Positions 45,628 to 64,000 of a stretch of DNA of 64,000 nt are shown here, one piece after another. The notes below the pieces were generated by a model. It had not been told where the DNA came from. It searched no databases and saw only the letters and a program-made list of their open reading frames with translations. How positions within the stretch are numbered: the first letter of the stretch is position 1; each line of letters begins with the position of its first letter. Position numbers and translations under genes: made by a program. Origin of the DNA: Dendrobates tinctorius (taxonomy: Eukaryota); the NCBI RefSeq assembly GCF_039654945.1, contig NW_027361806.1:3596001-3660000 (forward strand). Reading direction: 5' to 3'.

Positions 45628-48169
45628 TGGAAAATAAGTATTTGGTCACCTAAAAACATGCAAGATTTCTGGCTCTCACAGACCTGTAACTTCTTCTTTA
45701 AGAGGCTCCTCTGTCCTCCACTCATTAGCTGTAGTAATGGCACCTGTTTGAACTTGTTATCAGTATAATAGACACACTCTAAACTCCACTATGGTGAAGA
45801 CCAAAGAGCTGTCGAAGGACACTAGAAACAAAACTGTAGCCCTGCACCAGGCTGGGAAGACTGAATCTGCAATAGGCAAGCAGCTTGGTGTGATAAAATG
45901 AACTGTGGGAGCAATGATAAGAAAATGTAAGACATACAAGATCACTGATAATCTCCCTCGATCTGGGGCTCCACACAAGATCTCACCCCGTGGGGTCAAA
46001 ATGATCACAAGAACGGTGAGAGCAAAAATCCCAGAACCACACGGGGGGACCTAGTGAATGACCTGCATAGAGCTGGGACTACCGTAACAAAGGCTACTGT
46101 TTGTAACACACTACATCACCAGGGACTCACATCCTGCAGTGCCAGACATGTCCCCCTGCTTAAGCCAGTACATGTCCGGGCCCATCTGAAGTTTGCTAGG
46201 GAGCATTTGGATTATCCAGAAGAGTATTGGGAGAATGTCATATGGTCTGATGAAAACAAAATAGAACTGTTTGGTAGAAACAAAACTTGTCATGTTTGGA
46301 GGAGACAATGCTGCATCCAAAGAACACCATACCTACTGTGAAGCATGGGGATGGCAGCATCATGCTTTGGCACTGTTTTGTCTGCAAAGGGACCAGGACG
46401 ACTGATCCGTGTACATGAAAGAATGAATGGGGCCATGTATCGTGAGATTTTGAGTGCAAACCTCCTTCCATCAGCAAGGGCATTGAAGATGATATGTGGA
46501 TGGCTTTTTCAGCATGATAATGATCCCAAGCACACCGCCAGTAAAACGAAGGAGTGGCTTCGTAAGATGCATATGAAGGTCCTGGAGTGGCCTAGCCAGT
46601 CTCCAGATCTCATCCCATAGAAAAACTTTGGAGGGATTTGAAAGTCCGTGTTGCCCAGCGACAGGCCCAAAACATCACTGCTCTAGAGATCTGCATGGAG
46701 GAATGGGCCAACATACCAACAACAGTGTGTGCCAACCTTGTGAAGACTTACAGAAAACGTTTGGCCTCTGTCATTGCCAACAAAGGATATATCACAAAGT
46801 ATTGAGATGAACTTTTGTTAATGACCAAATACTTATTTTCCACCATAATTTGCAAAATAAATATTGTCAAATCAGACAAGGTGATTTTCTGGATTTGTTT
46901 TCTCATTGTGACTCTCATAGTTGTGGTCTACCTATGATGTCAATTACAGGCCGCTCTCATCTTTTTAAGTGGGAGAACTTGCCCAAGTGGTGGCTGACTA
47001 AATACTTTTTCTCCCCACTGTATATCTAATCTTACCATGTGTGATACTGACTGCTGAGCTGTGTATCTAATCCTATCCTGTGTGTTACTGTCTGCTGAGC
47101 CGTGTATCTAATCCTATCCTGTGTGATACTGTCTGCTGAGCCGTGTATCTAATCCTATCCTGTGTGATACTGTCTGCTGAGCCGTGTATCTAATCCTGTC
47201 CTGTGTGATACTGTCTGCTGAGCCGTGTATCTAATCCTATCCTGTGTGATACTGTCTGCTGAGCAGTGTATCTAATCCTATCCTGTGTGATACTGTCTGC
47301 TGAGCCGTGTATCTAATCCTATCCTGTGATACAGTCTGCTGAGCCGTGTATCTAATCCTATCCTGTGTGATACTGTCTGTTGAGCCGTGTATCTAATCCT
47401 GTCCTGTGTGATACTGTCTGCTGAGCCATGTATCTAATCCTATCCTGTGTGATACTGTCTGTTGAGCCGTGTATCTAATCCTGTCCTGTGTGATACTGTC
47501 TGCTGAGCCGTGTATCTAATCCTATCCTGTGTGATACTGTCTGCTGAGCCGTGTATCTAATCCTATCCTGTGTGATACTGTCTGCTGAGCCATGTATCTT
47601 ATCCTGTCCTGTGTGATACTGTCTGTTGAGCCGTGTATCTAATCCTAGCCTGTGTGATACTGTCTGTTGAGCCGTGTATCTAATCCTGTCCTGCGTGATA
47701 CTGTCTGCTGAGCCGTGTATCTAATCCTGTCCTGCGTGATACTGTCTGCTGAGCCGTGTATCTAAGCTTGCAATGTGTGATACTGTCTGCTGAGCTGTGT
47801 ATCTAATCCTCTCCTGTGTGATACTGTCTGCTGAGCCTTGTATCTAAGCTTGCAATGTGTGATACTACCTTCTGCTGTGTATCTAAGCCTGTGGTGAATG
47901 ACTTGTCTGTACAATGTTGCACTACATTCTGCTTCCTCTGACATCTCAGGGATTCCACACCTGACAGTGACCAGGAATGTATCACATCTTGCTGTGGCAT
48001 GTTCATGGGTAATGGATGCAGCAGATCACTCACCCCAAACCTCTCCTGTCCAGTGACTGTACGATTGGGGTCCATTCACACGGTGCAGTCCATAACCATA
48101 TTTGATATTTTCGTGCAGTTTTCACAGGTGAATCGTGTAACACAAATGTATCAAAATTGCACATTTCAT

Positions 48170-48530
48170 GCCCGGTGGGACAGAGTCCAGGTGACCCCTC
48201 CGCCTGCAGTCACCTGAGGGGTAAACAGGATTTAGTAATATGGATTCGGTTACCTGGGTGCCCGGCAGCAGGGTGGCACCTATGGCCGGGGGTCCGGGGT
48301 TCTCTCTGCTCGTGCGATGCCCGTCCAGCCCTGATCTTATAAGGGGCAGTAGCGGCATGCCCGGGCTCGCCAGCAGATTAATCATTGCTCCGGCTACTGT
48401 AAATCATTGCCACATAGGAGACATCTCGGTGCCAGCTGAGCGTGCAGAGCCCGGGCCCGGGGCCAGCCCAAATACCGGTCACCGTGGACACTGCGCGCCG
48501 CCTCCTCCTTCTGCGCTCACATTTTATTTA
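48170..48530. promoter_or_regulatory. CpG-rich non-repeat patch, candidate promoter or 5' exon for DYNLT4 and/or BTBD19
   Basis: Local CpG enrichment between the divergent genes, with minus-strand donor-like sites (CAG|GTGACT at 48214/48213, CAG|GTAACC near 48254). Confidence 0.3.
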
Positions 48531-48634
48531 TTACTGGGCTGATAATTGGGGAACAGTTCACATTTAATTAACGCCCTTTGTTCTGGGCCAAGATTCCTGT
48601 AACGGTGACGCTCCTGAAATACTCTGTGCTGCTG

Positions 48635-48717
48635 TAATAATAATAATAATAAATTTTATTTCTATAGCGCCGACATATTCCGCAGCACTTTACATTGCAG
48701 AGGGGACGTGTACAGAC
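48635..48717 (-). mobile_element. L2 3'-end fragment with (TAT)n tail
   Basis: Nearly identical to the 3' end of the L2 at 61216-61290. Confidence 0.8.
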
Positions 48718-49561
48718 TCTGCTCCTTCATATCACCGCCCCATACACAACAGACAGCGATGTTTGGCCGGCAGCCATCTCTCCCGATTCCTCTACACAGG
48801 AGCGCTCACTCTACCATCTCTGACATCGAGCACGCCGGATCGGAGACAGTGGGCCGGGCCCTCCGAGATCTGTGGTTTCGGCTGACAGTCAGTCTAATGT
48901 GTATGAGGGTCTTTACTCGCAGTCTGAGACCACCCAAGGGGCTAGCACATTCCTCTCCTGAAATACTCTGTGCTGCGGAGGTCTCTGCTCCCTCCATTAT
49001 ACAGCGCTCAGCCTGTAACCTCCCAGTATATTATCTCTCCTGAAATGCTCTGTGCTGCTGGGGCCCTGCTTCTCCTATGTTGCCTCTGACAAGGTCAGGA
49101 TAGTCCCCTCCAAAATACTCTGTGCTCCTGAGGGCTCTGGTTCCTTTACTATGTAGCTCTCAGCCTGTGAGCTCCCACAAGGCAGCACATTTCTCTCCTG
49201 AAATACTCTGTGCTCCTGTAAATTTTAATTTTTAGGAATTTACACCCAGCAGGGACCAAGACTTAACATGACCCGCAAAAGCTTGACATTATCTGCACAT
49301 GGCTACATGGAAGCGACGCTTCGTTGGAACTTTCCTGGTAGCCGGCGGCCATATTGGTTGCTACCCAACTTTTCCAGAAGCAGATAAAGTTTCAGGGTTT
49401 GTAGGCTGAGGATTGTCTGCACATTGTAATGCTGTGACCATGGTGCAGTCTGTGACTCATCGCTGCACCGGAGACTGACCCGCTGAGTCTGCACAGGAAT
49501 GTCACATCAATGAGCAAGAGCCAGAAACACACAGAGGGTCACAGCAGAGTCACCCCGAGAG

Positions 49562-52500
49562 TGTCACACAGGAGAGGATTAGATACACGGCTCAGCAGAC
49601 TATCACACACGAGAGGATTAGATACACGGCTCAGCAGACAGTATCACACAGGAGAGGATTAGATACACAGCTCAGCAGACAGTATCTCACAGGAGAGGAT
49701 TAGATACACGGTTCAGCAGACAGTATCACACAGGAGAGTATTAGATACACGGCTCAGCAGACAGTATCACACAGGAGAGGATTAGATACACGGCTCAGCA
49801 TTAGTATCACACAGGAGAGGATTAGATACACGGCTCAGCATTAGTATCACACAGGAGAGGATTAGATACACGGCTCAGCAGACAGTATCACACAGGAGAG
49901 GATTAGATACACGGCTCAGCATTAGTATCACACAGGAGAGGATTAGATACACGGCTCAGCATTAGTATCACACAGGAGAGGATTAGATACACAGCTCAGC
50001 AGTCAGTATCACACAGGAGAGGATTAGATACACAGCTCAGCAGACAGTATCACACAGGAGAGGATTAGATACACGGCTCAGCAGACAGTATCACACAGGA
50101 GAGGATTAGATACACGGCTCAGCATTAGTATCACACAGGAGAGGATTAGATACACGGCTCAGCAGACAGTATCACACAGGAGAGGATTAGATACATGGCT
50201 CAGCAGACAGTATCACACAGGAGAGGATTAGATACATGGCTCAGCAGACAGTATCACACAGGATAGGATTAGATACACAGCTCAGCAGACAGTATCACAT
50301 AGGAGAGGATTAGATACACAGCTCAGCAGACAGTATCACACAGGACAGGATTAGATACACAGCTCAGCAGACAGTATCACACAGGACAGGATTAGATACA
50401 CAGCTCAGCACACAGTATCACAGAGGAGAGGATTAGATACACGGCACAGCAGTCAGTATCACACAGGAGAGGATTAGATACACGGCTCAGCAGACAGTAT
50501 CTCACAGGAGAGGATTAGATACACGGTTCAGCAGACAGTATCACACAGGAGAGTATTAGATACACGGCTCAGCAGACAGTATCACACAGGAGAGGATTAG
50601 ATACACAGCTCAGCAGTCAGTATCACACAGGAGAGGATTAGATACACAGCTCAGCAGACAGTATCACACAGGAGAGGATTAGATACACGGCTCAGCAGAC
50701 AGTATCACACAGGAGAGGATTAGATACACGGCTCAGCATTAGTATCACACAGGAGAGGATTAGATACACGGCTCAGCATTAGTATCACACAGGAGAGGAT
50801 TAGATACACGGCTCAGCAGACAGTATCACACAGGAGAGGATTAGATACACGGCTCAGCATTAGTATCACACAGGAGAGGATTAGATACACGGCTCAGCAT
50901 TAGTATCACATAGGAGAGGATTAGATACACAGCTCAGCAGTCAGTATCACACAGGAGAGGATTAGATACACAGCTCAGCAGACAGTATCACACAGGAGAG
51001 GATTAGATACACGGCTCAGCAGACAGTATCACACAGGAGAGGATTAGATACACGGCTCAGCATTAGTATCACACAGGAGAGGATTAGATACACGGCTCAG
51101 CAGACAGTATCACAGGAGAGGATTAGATACACGGCTCAGCAGACAGTATCACACAGGATAGGATTAGATACACAGCTCAGCAGACAGTATCACATAGGAG
51201 AGGATTAGATACACAGCTCAGCAGACAGTATCACACAGGAGAGGATTAGATACACAGCTCAGCAGACAGTATCACACAGGACAGGATTAGATACACAGCT
51301 CAGCACACAGTATCACAGAGGAGAGGATTAGATACACGGCACAGCAGTCAGTATCACAGGAGAGGAGTAGATACACGGCTCAGCAGACAGTATCACACAG
51401 GAGAGGATTAGATACACAGCTCAGCAGTCAGTATCACACAGGAGAGGATTAGATACACGGCTCAGCAGACAGTATCACACAGGAGAGGATTAGATACACG
51501 GCTCAGCAGACATTATCACACAGGACAGGATTAGATACACGGCTCAGCAGACAGTATCACACAGGACAGGATTAGATACACAGCTCGGCACACAGTATCA
51601 CAGAGGAGAGGATTAGATACACGGCACAGCAGTCAGTATCACAGGAGAGGAGTAGATACACGGCTCAGCAGACAGTATCACACAGGAGAGGATTAGATAC
51701 ACGGCTCAGCAGACAGTATCACACAGGATAGGATTAGATACACGGCTCAGCAGACAGTATCACACAGGACAGGATTAGATACACAGCTCGGCACACAGTA
51801 TCACAGAGGAGAGGATTAGATACACGGCACAGCAGTCAGTATCACAGGAGAGGAGTAGATACACGGCTCAGCAGACAGTATCACACAGGAGAGGATTAGA
51901 TACACGGCTCAGCAGACAGAATCACACAGGAGAGGATTAGATACACGGCTCAGCAGGCAGTATCACACAGGATAGGATTAGATACACGGCTCAGCACAGT
52001 ATCACACAGGAGAGGATTAGATACATGGCTCAGCAGACAGTATCACACAGGATAGGATTAGATACACGGCTCAGCAGACAGTATCACACAGGAGAGGATT
52101 AGATACACGGCTCAGCAGACAGTATCACACAGGATAGGATTAGATACACAGCTCAGCAGACAGTATTACATAGGAGAGGATTAGATACACAGCTCAGCAG
52201 ACAGTATCACACAGGACAGGATTAGATACACAGCTCAGCACACAGTATCACAGTGGAGAGGATTAGATACACGGCACAGCAGTCAGTATCACAGGAGAGG
52301 ATTAGATACACGGCTCAGTAGACAGTATCACACAGGAGAGGATTAGATACACGGCTCAGCAGACAGTATCACACAGGAGAGGATTAGATACACGGCTCAG
52401 CAGACAGTATCACACAGGAGAGGATTAGATACACGGCTTAGCAGGCAGTATCACACAGGAGAGGATTAGATACACGGCTCAGCAGACAGTATCACACAGG

Positions 52501-52589
52501 AGAGGATTAGATACACGGCTCAGCAGTTAGTATCACACAGGAGAGGATTAGATACACGGCTCAGCAGACAGTATCACAGGAGAGGATTA
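49562..52589. repeat. 41-bp minisatellite, inverted relative to 44490-47885, ~74 units
   Basis: GGATTAGATACACGGCTCAGCAGACAGTATCACACAGGAGA units over 3 kb. Confidence 0.95.
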
Positions 52590-53852
52590 TGTAGCGCCCC
52601 TGAGGATTCAGTTGCCACAGAGGTACTGCACCTCCTCCTGAGGTGCGGTGTACCCCACCATCCAGGTAGGTTGGAGGCTCCTGACCATGCTCCAACACTT
52701 GCATCCCACACAACACAGTAGTTCAGCAAAGCCACATTGCGGCACCCTGCTTGGAGTGTAGCAGAGCACCTTTGGAGGCTCCCTGCTTGGAACATGAAAC
52801 GTGCTGGGAGGCGGGTGGAGTTAGAATACATAAAAGAGTGGGAAGGTTTAGAATTTGAGGTCAGTCAGTTGGTGAGTGGAGAGAAGATCCCTGGGAGAGG
52901 GATGGAGGAAGGAGGTGCTGCAGCAGATCTCAGTGACCTGGGTCAGCTGGCACGGGAAAGGAAAGAAGGAGAAAGACATTGAACAGAAACCTGATCTTCC
53001 ATAAGAAGGAGAGACTAGTACGGAACGTAGGAGTAAAAGGGAACAGAGGACGTGGGTTAGGAGAGAACCCTACCTAGAAGTTCTAAGCGCAAGGCCGGGG
53101 CCCGGTCCCCGAGGTTGTAGGGATACTAATGTTTCTGCAGCAGACACCGGTGGAGTAGTGAGCTATACATGCACTACTCCCATCTCAGACTTGAGGGCAC
53201 AACAGCAACTTGGATAGTGAGCCGGGACTCAGGAGTAGGGAGTCCCTGAAGCAGGCTACAGCTGTCTGCCGTACAAGTATAGTTCTTGGGAACATCTGAC
53301 AGGAGGAACTCCAGTGTAACTCAGTACTAGGAGTACTTCACACCAAAGGTGCTATTAGAGGAGATGTTCAGAAAGGCACATGTTGGCGGAGTGTTGGAAG
53401 GGAGCATTCCATCTGACCTGGAGGACACGGCACGGAAGCAGGCACCTGTGTGTACTACAGACTGTGAGTAAAGCTTTGGAACTACAAGCCCTGGTGTCCT
53501 CCACTTATTCCGGCGCCAACCTGCCCAGCACTGCTACATCCCTTGCGCCGGATACTACACCATGTACGTGTCACTTGACCTACTCTGCCCTGGGACTACA
53601 GCTCTGCCTGTGGAGGGCTATAACATCATTGCTGCACCACACCATCTGTCCCGGAGGATCTGTCTGCAGCGTCGGCTTACATCTTCATTGCTGAATACCA
53701 CAGGTGGCGTCACGACTTACACATTGACACTGAACATTTACAATGGGCGCCCAGGGCCACGGGCCGGGTTCCAGCTACCGTGACATCTCCCCTTGAGGAC
53801 CATCGGGCCCGGTACCAAGTACCCCACGGCCCTGGGTGTGAAGGGCGACCCA
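52590..53852 (+). mobile_element. Solo LTR, family X copy 2
   Basis: TGTAGCGCCCCTGAGG...GGGCGACCCA is collinear with the reverse complement of 847-2183. TATA-like CATAAAA ~52829 and AGTAAA ~53467. The TSD is degraded (ATTA vs TTTT). Confidence 0.78.
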
Positions 53853-53991
53853 TTTTGATACGCTGAGCTGCAGCCTCTGCTCTGGTTGCAGCCTGTGTCT
53901 CTGGCTGTGGAGTCCGCCCAGACTTTCCAGCCTCCACCTCAGGCATTTCCTGGCTGTGTCTGGGATCTGTGGGGGGATTCCATGTGCAGCC

Positions 53992-60643
<6,652 letters not shown>

Positions 60644-60747
60644 GTAACCCTGAGGATTGTGGGAGTGGTATCAGATAAAAAGGATGTTTTTTTTTGTAAT
60701 GATGGTGGGAGAAAAATCCTTTCTAGTTCTCAGTATAACCATTTAGA

Positions 60748-63716
60748 ATAGAATAGTGAGTGCAGCTCTGGAGTATAATACAGGATGTATCTCAGGATCA
60801 GTAATGTATGTACACAGTGACTACACCAGCAGAATAGTGAGTGCAGATCTGGGGCATAATACAGGATGTAACTCAGGATCAGTAATGTAATGTATGTACA
60901 CAGTGACTGCACCAGCAGAATAGTGAGTGCAGCTCTGGAGTATAATACAGGAGGTAACTCAGGATCAGTACAAGATCAGTAATGTATGTACACAGTGACT
61001 GCACCAGCAGAATAGTGAGTGCAGCCCTGGGGTATAATATAGGATGTAACTTAGGATCAGTACAGGATCAGTAATGTATGTACACAGTGGTGACTCCACC
61101 AGCAGAATAGTGAGTGCAGCTCTGGAGTGTGATACAGGATGTAACTCGGGATCAGTAATGTATGTACACAGTGACTGCACCAGCAGAATAGTGAGTGCAG
61201 CTCTGGAGTATAATAATAATAAATTTTATTTCTATAGCGCCGACATATTCCGCAGCACTTTACATTTCAGAGGGGATTTGTACAGACAATAGACATTACA
61301 GCATAACAATAATCACATAGATTATAACAAATACCAAGAGGAATGAGGGCCCTGCTCGCAAGCTTACAATCTATGAGGAAAAAGGGGAGACACGAAAGGT
61401 GGGTGGTAACAGTTGCCCTGATTGTTTGGACCAGCCATAATGTTAAGTGTGTAACAGTACGGACACAGAGGGCTAATGGATGCATAAAGCATGTGGGAAC
61501 ATGATGCGGGGAACCTGGTTATGGTAAAACTTTTGACTGTGTCACCCAGGGATAGATTAGGTTAATGTGTTGAGGCGGTAGACCAGTCTGAATAAATGAG
61601 TTTTAAGGGCACGCTTAAACTTGTGGGGATTGGGGACTAATCGTATTGACCTGGGAAGTGCATTCCAAAGAATTGACGCAGCATGTGTAAAGTCTTGGAG
61701 ACGGGAATGGGAGGGTCTGATTATTGAGGATGCTAACCTCAGGTCATCATCAGAACGAAGGGCGCGGGCAGGGTGGTATACTGAAACAAGGGAGGAGATG
61801 TAGGGTGGTGCTGAGCCATGAAGAGCTTTGTGGGTGAGGGTAATAAGTTTGTACTGGATTCTGGAGTGGATGGGTAGCCAGTGTAATGACTGGCACAAGG
61901 TAGAGGCATCGGTGTAACGATTGGCGAGGAATATGATCCTGGCTTCAGCATTCAAGACAGATTGGAGGGGGGAGAGATTGGTAAGATGGAGACCGATTTA
62001 GAAGAGAGTTACAATAGTCGAGACGAGAATGAATAAGAGAAACAGTAAGAGTTTTTGCGGAGTCAAAAGTAAGAAAAGGTCGAATTCTAGAAATGTTTTT
62101 GAGGTGCAGATAGAGCGAGCCAGTGATCGAATGTGGGGGGCAAAGGAAAGCTTGGAGTCAAGTATGACGCCAAGACAGCGGGCATGTTGCTGGGGAGTAA
62201 TAGTGGAACCACACACAGAAATGGCAATGTCGGGTATAGGAACATTAGTAGAGTGAGGAAACACAAGGAGTTCAGTCTTTGACAGGTTCAGTTTCAGATA
62301 TAGTGAGGACATGATGTTAGACACAGCGTTTAGACAATCGCCGGTGTTTTCTAGAAAGGCTGGCGTGATGTCAGGAGGAGAAGCGTATAATTGGGTGTCA
62401 TCAGCATAGAGATGGTACTGGAAACCAAATCTACTGATTGTTTGACCAATAGGGGAAGTGTACAAGGAGAAGAGGAGGGGGCCTAGAACCGATCCTTGAG
62501 GAACCCCAACAGTAAGGGGAAGGTGAGAGAAGGAACCGGCAAAGGATACAGTAAAGGAGCGGTCGGAGAGATAGGAGGAGAACCAGGAGAGAACGGTGTC
62601 CTTGAGGCCAATGGAACGGAGCATAGTGAGGAGGAGCTGATGATCCACAGTGTTGAATGCTGCAGAGAGATCCAAGAGAATTGGCATGGAGTAATGACCA
62701 TTTGATTTAGCTGTTAGTAGATCATTAGAGATTTTTGTGAGGGCAGTTTCAGTAGAGTGTAAAGAGCGGAAACCGGATTGGAGAGGGTCGAGAAGAGAGT
62801 TATCAGAGAGATAGTGGATAAGACGGGAGTAGACCAGGCGTTCCAGGAGTTTAGAAATGAAGGGAAGATTAGAGACAGGTCTATAGTTAGCGGCACAGTT
62901 TTGGTTGAGGGATGGTTTTTTAAGTAGCGGATGTATGATGGCATGCTTAAATGAGGAGGGAAAGATACCAGAAGAGAGAGAGAGGTTAAATATTTTAGCT
63001 AGGTGAGGGGTGACAGCAGGGGAAAGGGACTGGAGGAGATGTGACGGAAATGGGTCAATGGTGCAAGTGGTTGGGCGAGAAGATGCAAGGAGCCTGCTTA
63101 CTTCTTCTGTGACTGGTTCAAAATCAGAGAGTGAGCTAGATGCAGTGGGGGAGGGAGGACAGTGCATGGTATGAGGGGATTGGGAGATAATTTCCTGTTG
63201 GATCAGGTCAAGTTTTTCTTTGAAGTAATTGGCCAGATCGTCAGCTCGAAGCTCCGTGGTTGGGGCCTGTACTCTTGGGTTGAGTAGAGAATGAAAAGTG
63301 TCAAAGAGACGTTTCGGGTTATTGGACAATGAGGTGATGAGGGTGTTGAAATAGGTTTGCTTGGAGAGGTGAAAGGCAGTGTTGTATGTTCTAAGCATAA
63401 ACTTATAATGGATGAAATCTTCGTGTAGATTGGATTTTCTCAACAGACGTTCGGCGCACCTGGAGCACCGCTGCAGGTAACGTGTTTGCAGGGTTGTCGC
63501 CGAGTATAATACAGGATGTGACTCAGGATCAGTACAAGATCAGTAATGTAATGTATGTACACAGTGACTGCACCAGCAGAATAGTGAGTGCAGCTCTGGA
63601 GTATAATACAGGGTGTAACTCTGGATCAGTAATGTAATGTATGTACACAGTGACTGCACCAGCAGAATAGTGAGTGCAGCTCTGGATAACAATACAGGGT
63701 GTAACTCAGGATCAAT
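60748..63716. repeat. ~81-96 bp minisatellite (AGAATAGTGAGTGCAGCTCTGGAGTATAATACAGG...), split by L2
   Basis: Units at ~60748-61215 and 63502-63716. Confidence 0.88.
61216..63501 (-). mobile_element. 5'-truncated L2 LINE (RT domain) with 10-bp TSD
   Basis: RT ORF 63443-61998 ([40 protein letters not shown]) plus C-terminal LHWLP and WNALP, an L2-type 3' end with (TAT)n tail, and GAGTATAATA at 61206-61215 and 63502-63511. Confidence 0.93.
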
Positions 63717-64000
63717 ACACAATAAGTAATGTTGGAGTAAAATATTTCTTGGATCTTCCATTTTTTTTTTGCCTTGAGGATATTTTCTGAGCCTCCTGTC
63801 CAGCATTGAGAATTCTTCACATGCCAATAGAGATTACTGAATTCCTCACTGTCAGGCACTTTTGCTTATTAGAGGTTTGATGTGCTGCAGAAATGCCGTT
63901 ATCGCTGAGTGCAGGTGTGTGCAGGGTAATGTTCTGCTCATCTGGTCCTTGATGGTAAAGGAGATCATTTTTTCTTTGCCGCCACACTAACTTTATTTGA

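Larger units (their letters stand above)
44960..47020 (+). mobile_element. Tc1 transposon with decayed transposase (ATG 45791 to TGA 46805) and nested MITEs
   Basis: TA|CAATGGGGGG..AAAAGTATTTAGTCAGCC ... GGCTGACTAAATACTTTT..CCCCACTG|TA; [25 protein letters not shown] and WPSQSPDL motifs with frameshifts. Confidence 0.93.
44490..47885. repeat. 41-bp minisatellite (GTGTATCTAATCCTATCCTGTGTGATACTGTCTGCTGAGCC), interrupted by Tc1
   Basis: Units at ~44490-44957 and 47023-47885. Confidence 0.92.

Noticed and set aside
49562-52589. CRISPR-like appearance of the regular arrays
   Set aside because: Tandem units without unique spacers, no cas genes, and a eukaryotic context.

Overview
Vertebrate genomic DNA, most likely from an anuran amphibian (inferred from the TE families present and the gene sequences), and very rich in repeats. 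Host genes: a complete 15-exon PLK3 (+, CDS 29326-38874, 646/647 aa), DYNLT4/TCTEX1D4 with a single coding exon (-, 42775-43467), and coding exons 1-3 of BTBD19 (+, from 53992, continuing past the window). This is the same PLK3-DYNLT4-BTBD19 order as in mammals. The first 29 kb is a nested TE field. A Penelope-like element (PLE) ending in a hammerhead ribozyme is split by an ORF1-only CR1 and by a full-length Ngaro-type tyrosine-recombinase retrotransposon. The window also has two fold-back PLE insertions, three solo LTRs, four Tc1-type elements, an L2, many Harbinger, hAT and Kolobok-type MITEs, and five minisatellite families. The most notable observations are: (1) a phase-matched splice donor and acceptor in the Ngaro element that would join the ORF1 N-terminus to the SGNH hydrolase, skipping the gag core, RT and YR; (2) several PLE hammerheads, one with a non-canonical CCGUNGA core present in both arms; (3) an RT-less CR1 with an intact esterase ORF1; (4) a sense solo LTR ending 139 bp before the BTBD19 ATG; (5) a 74 x 30-bp minisatellite abutting the PLK3 core promoter. 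All coordinates were read by eye and no database searches were run.
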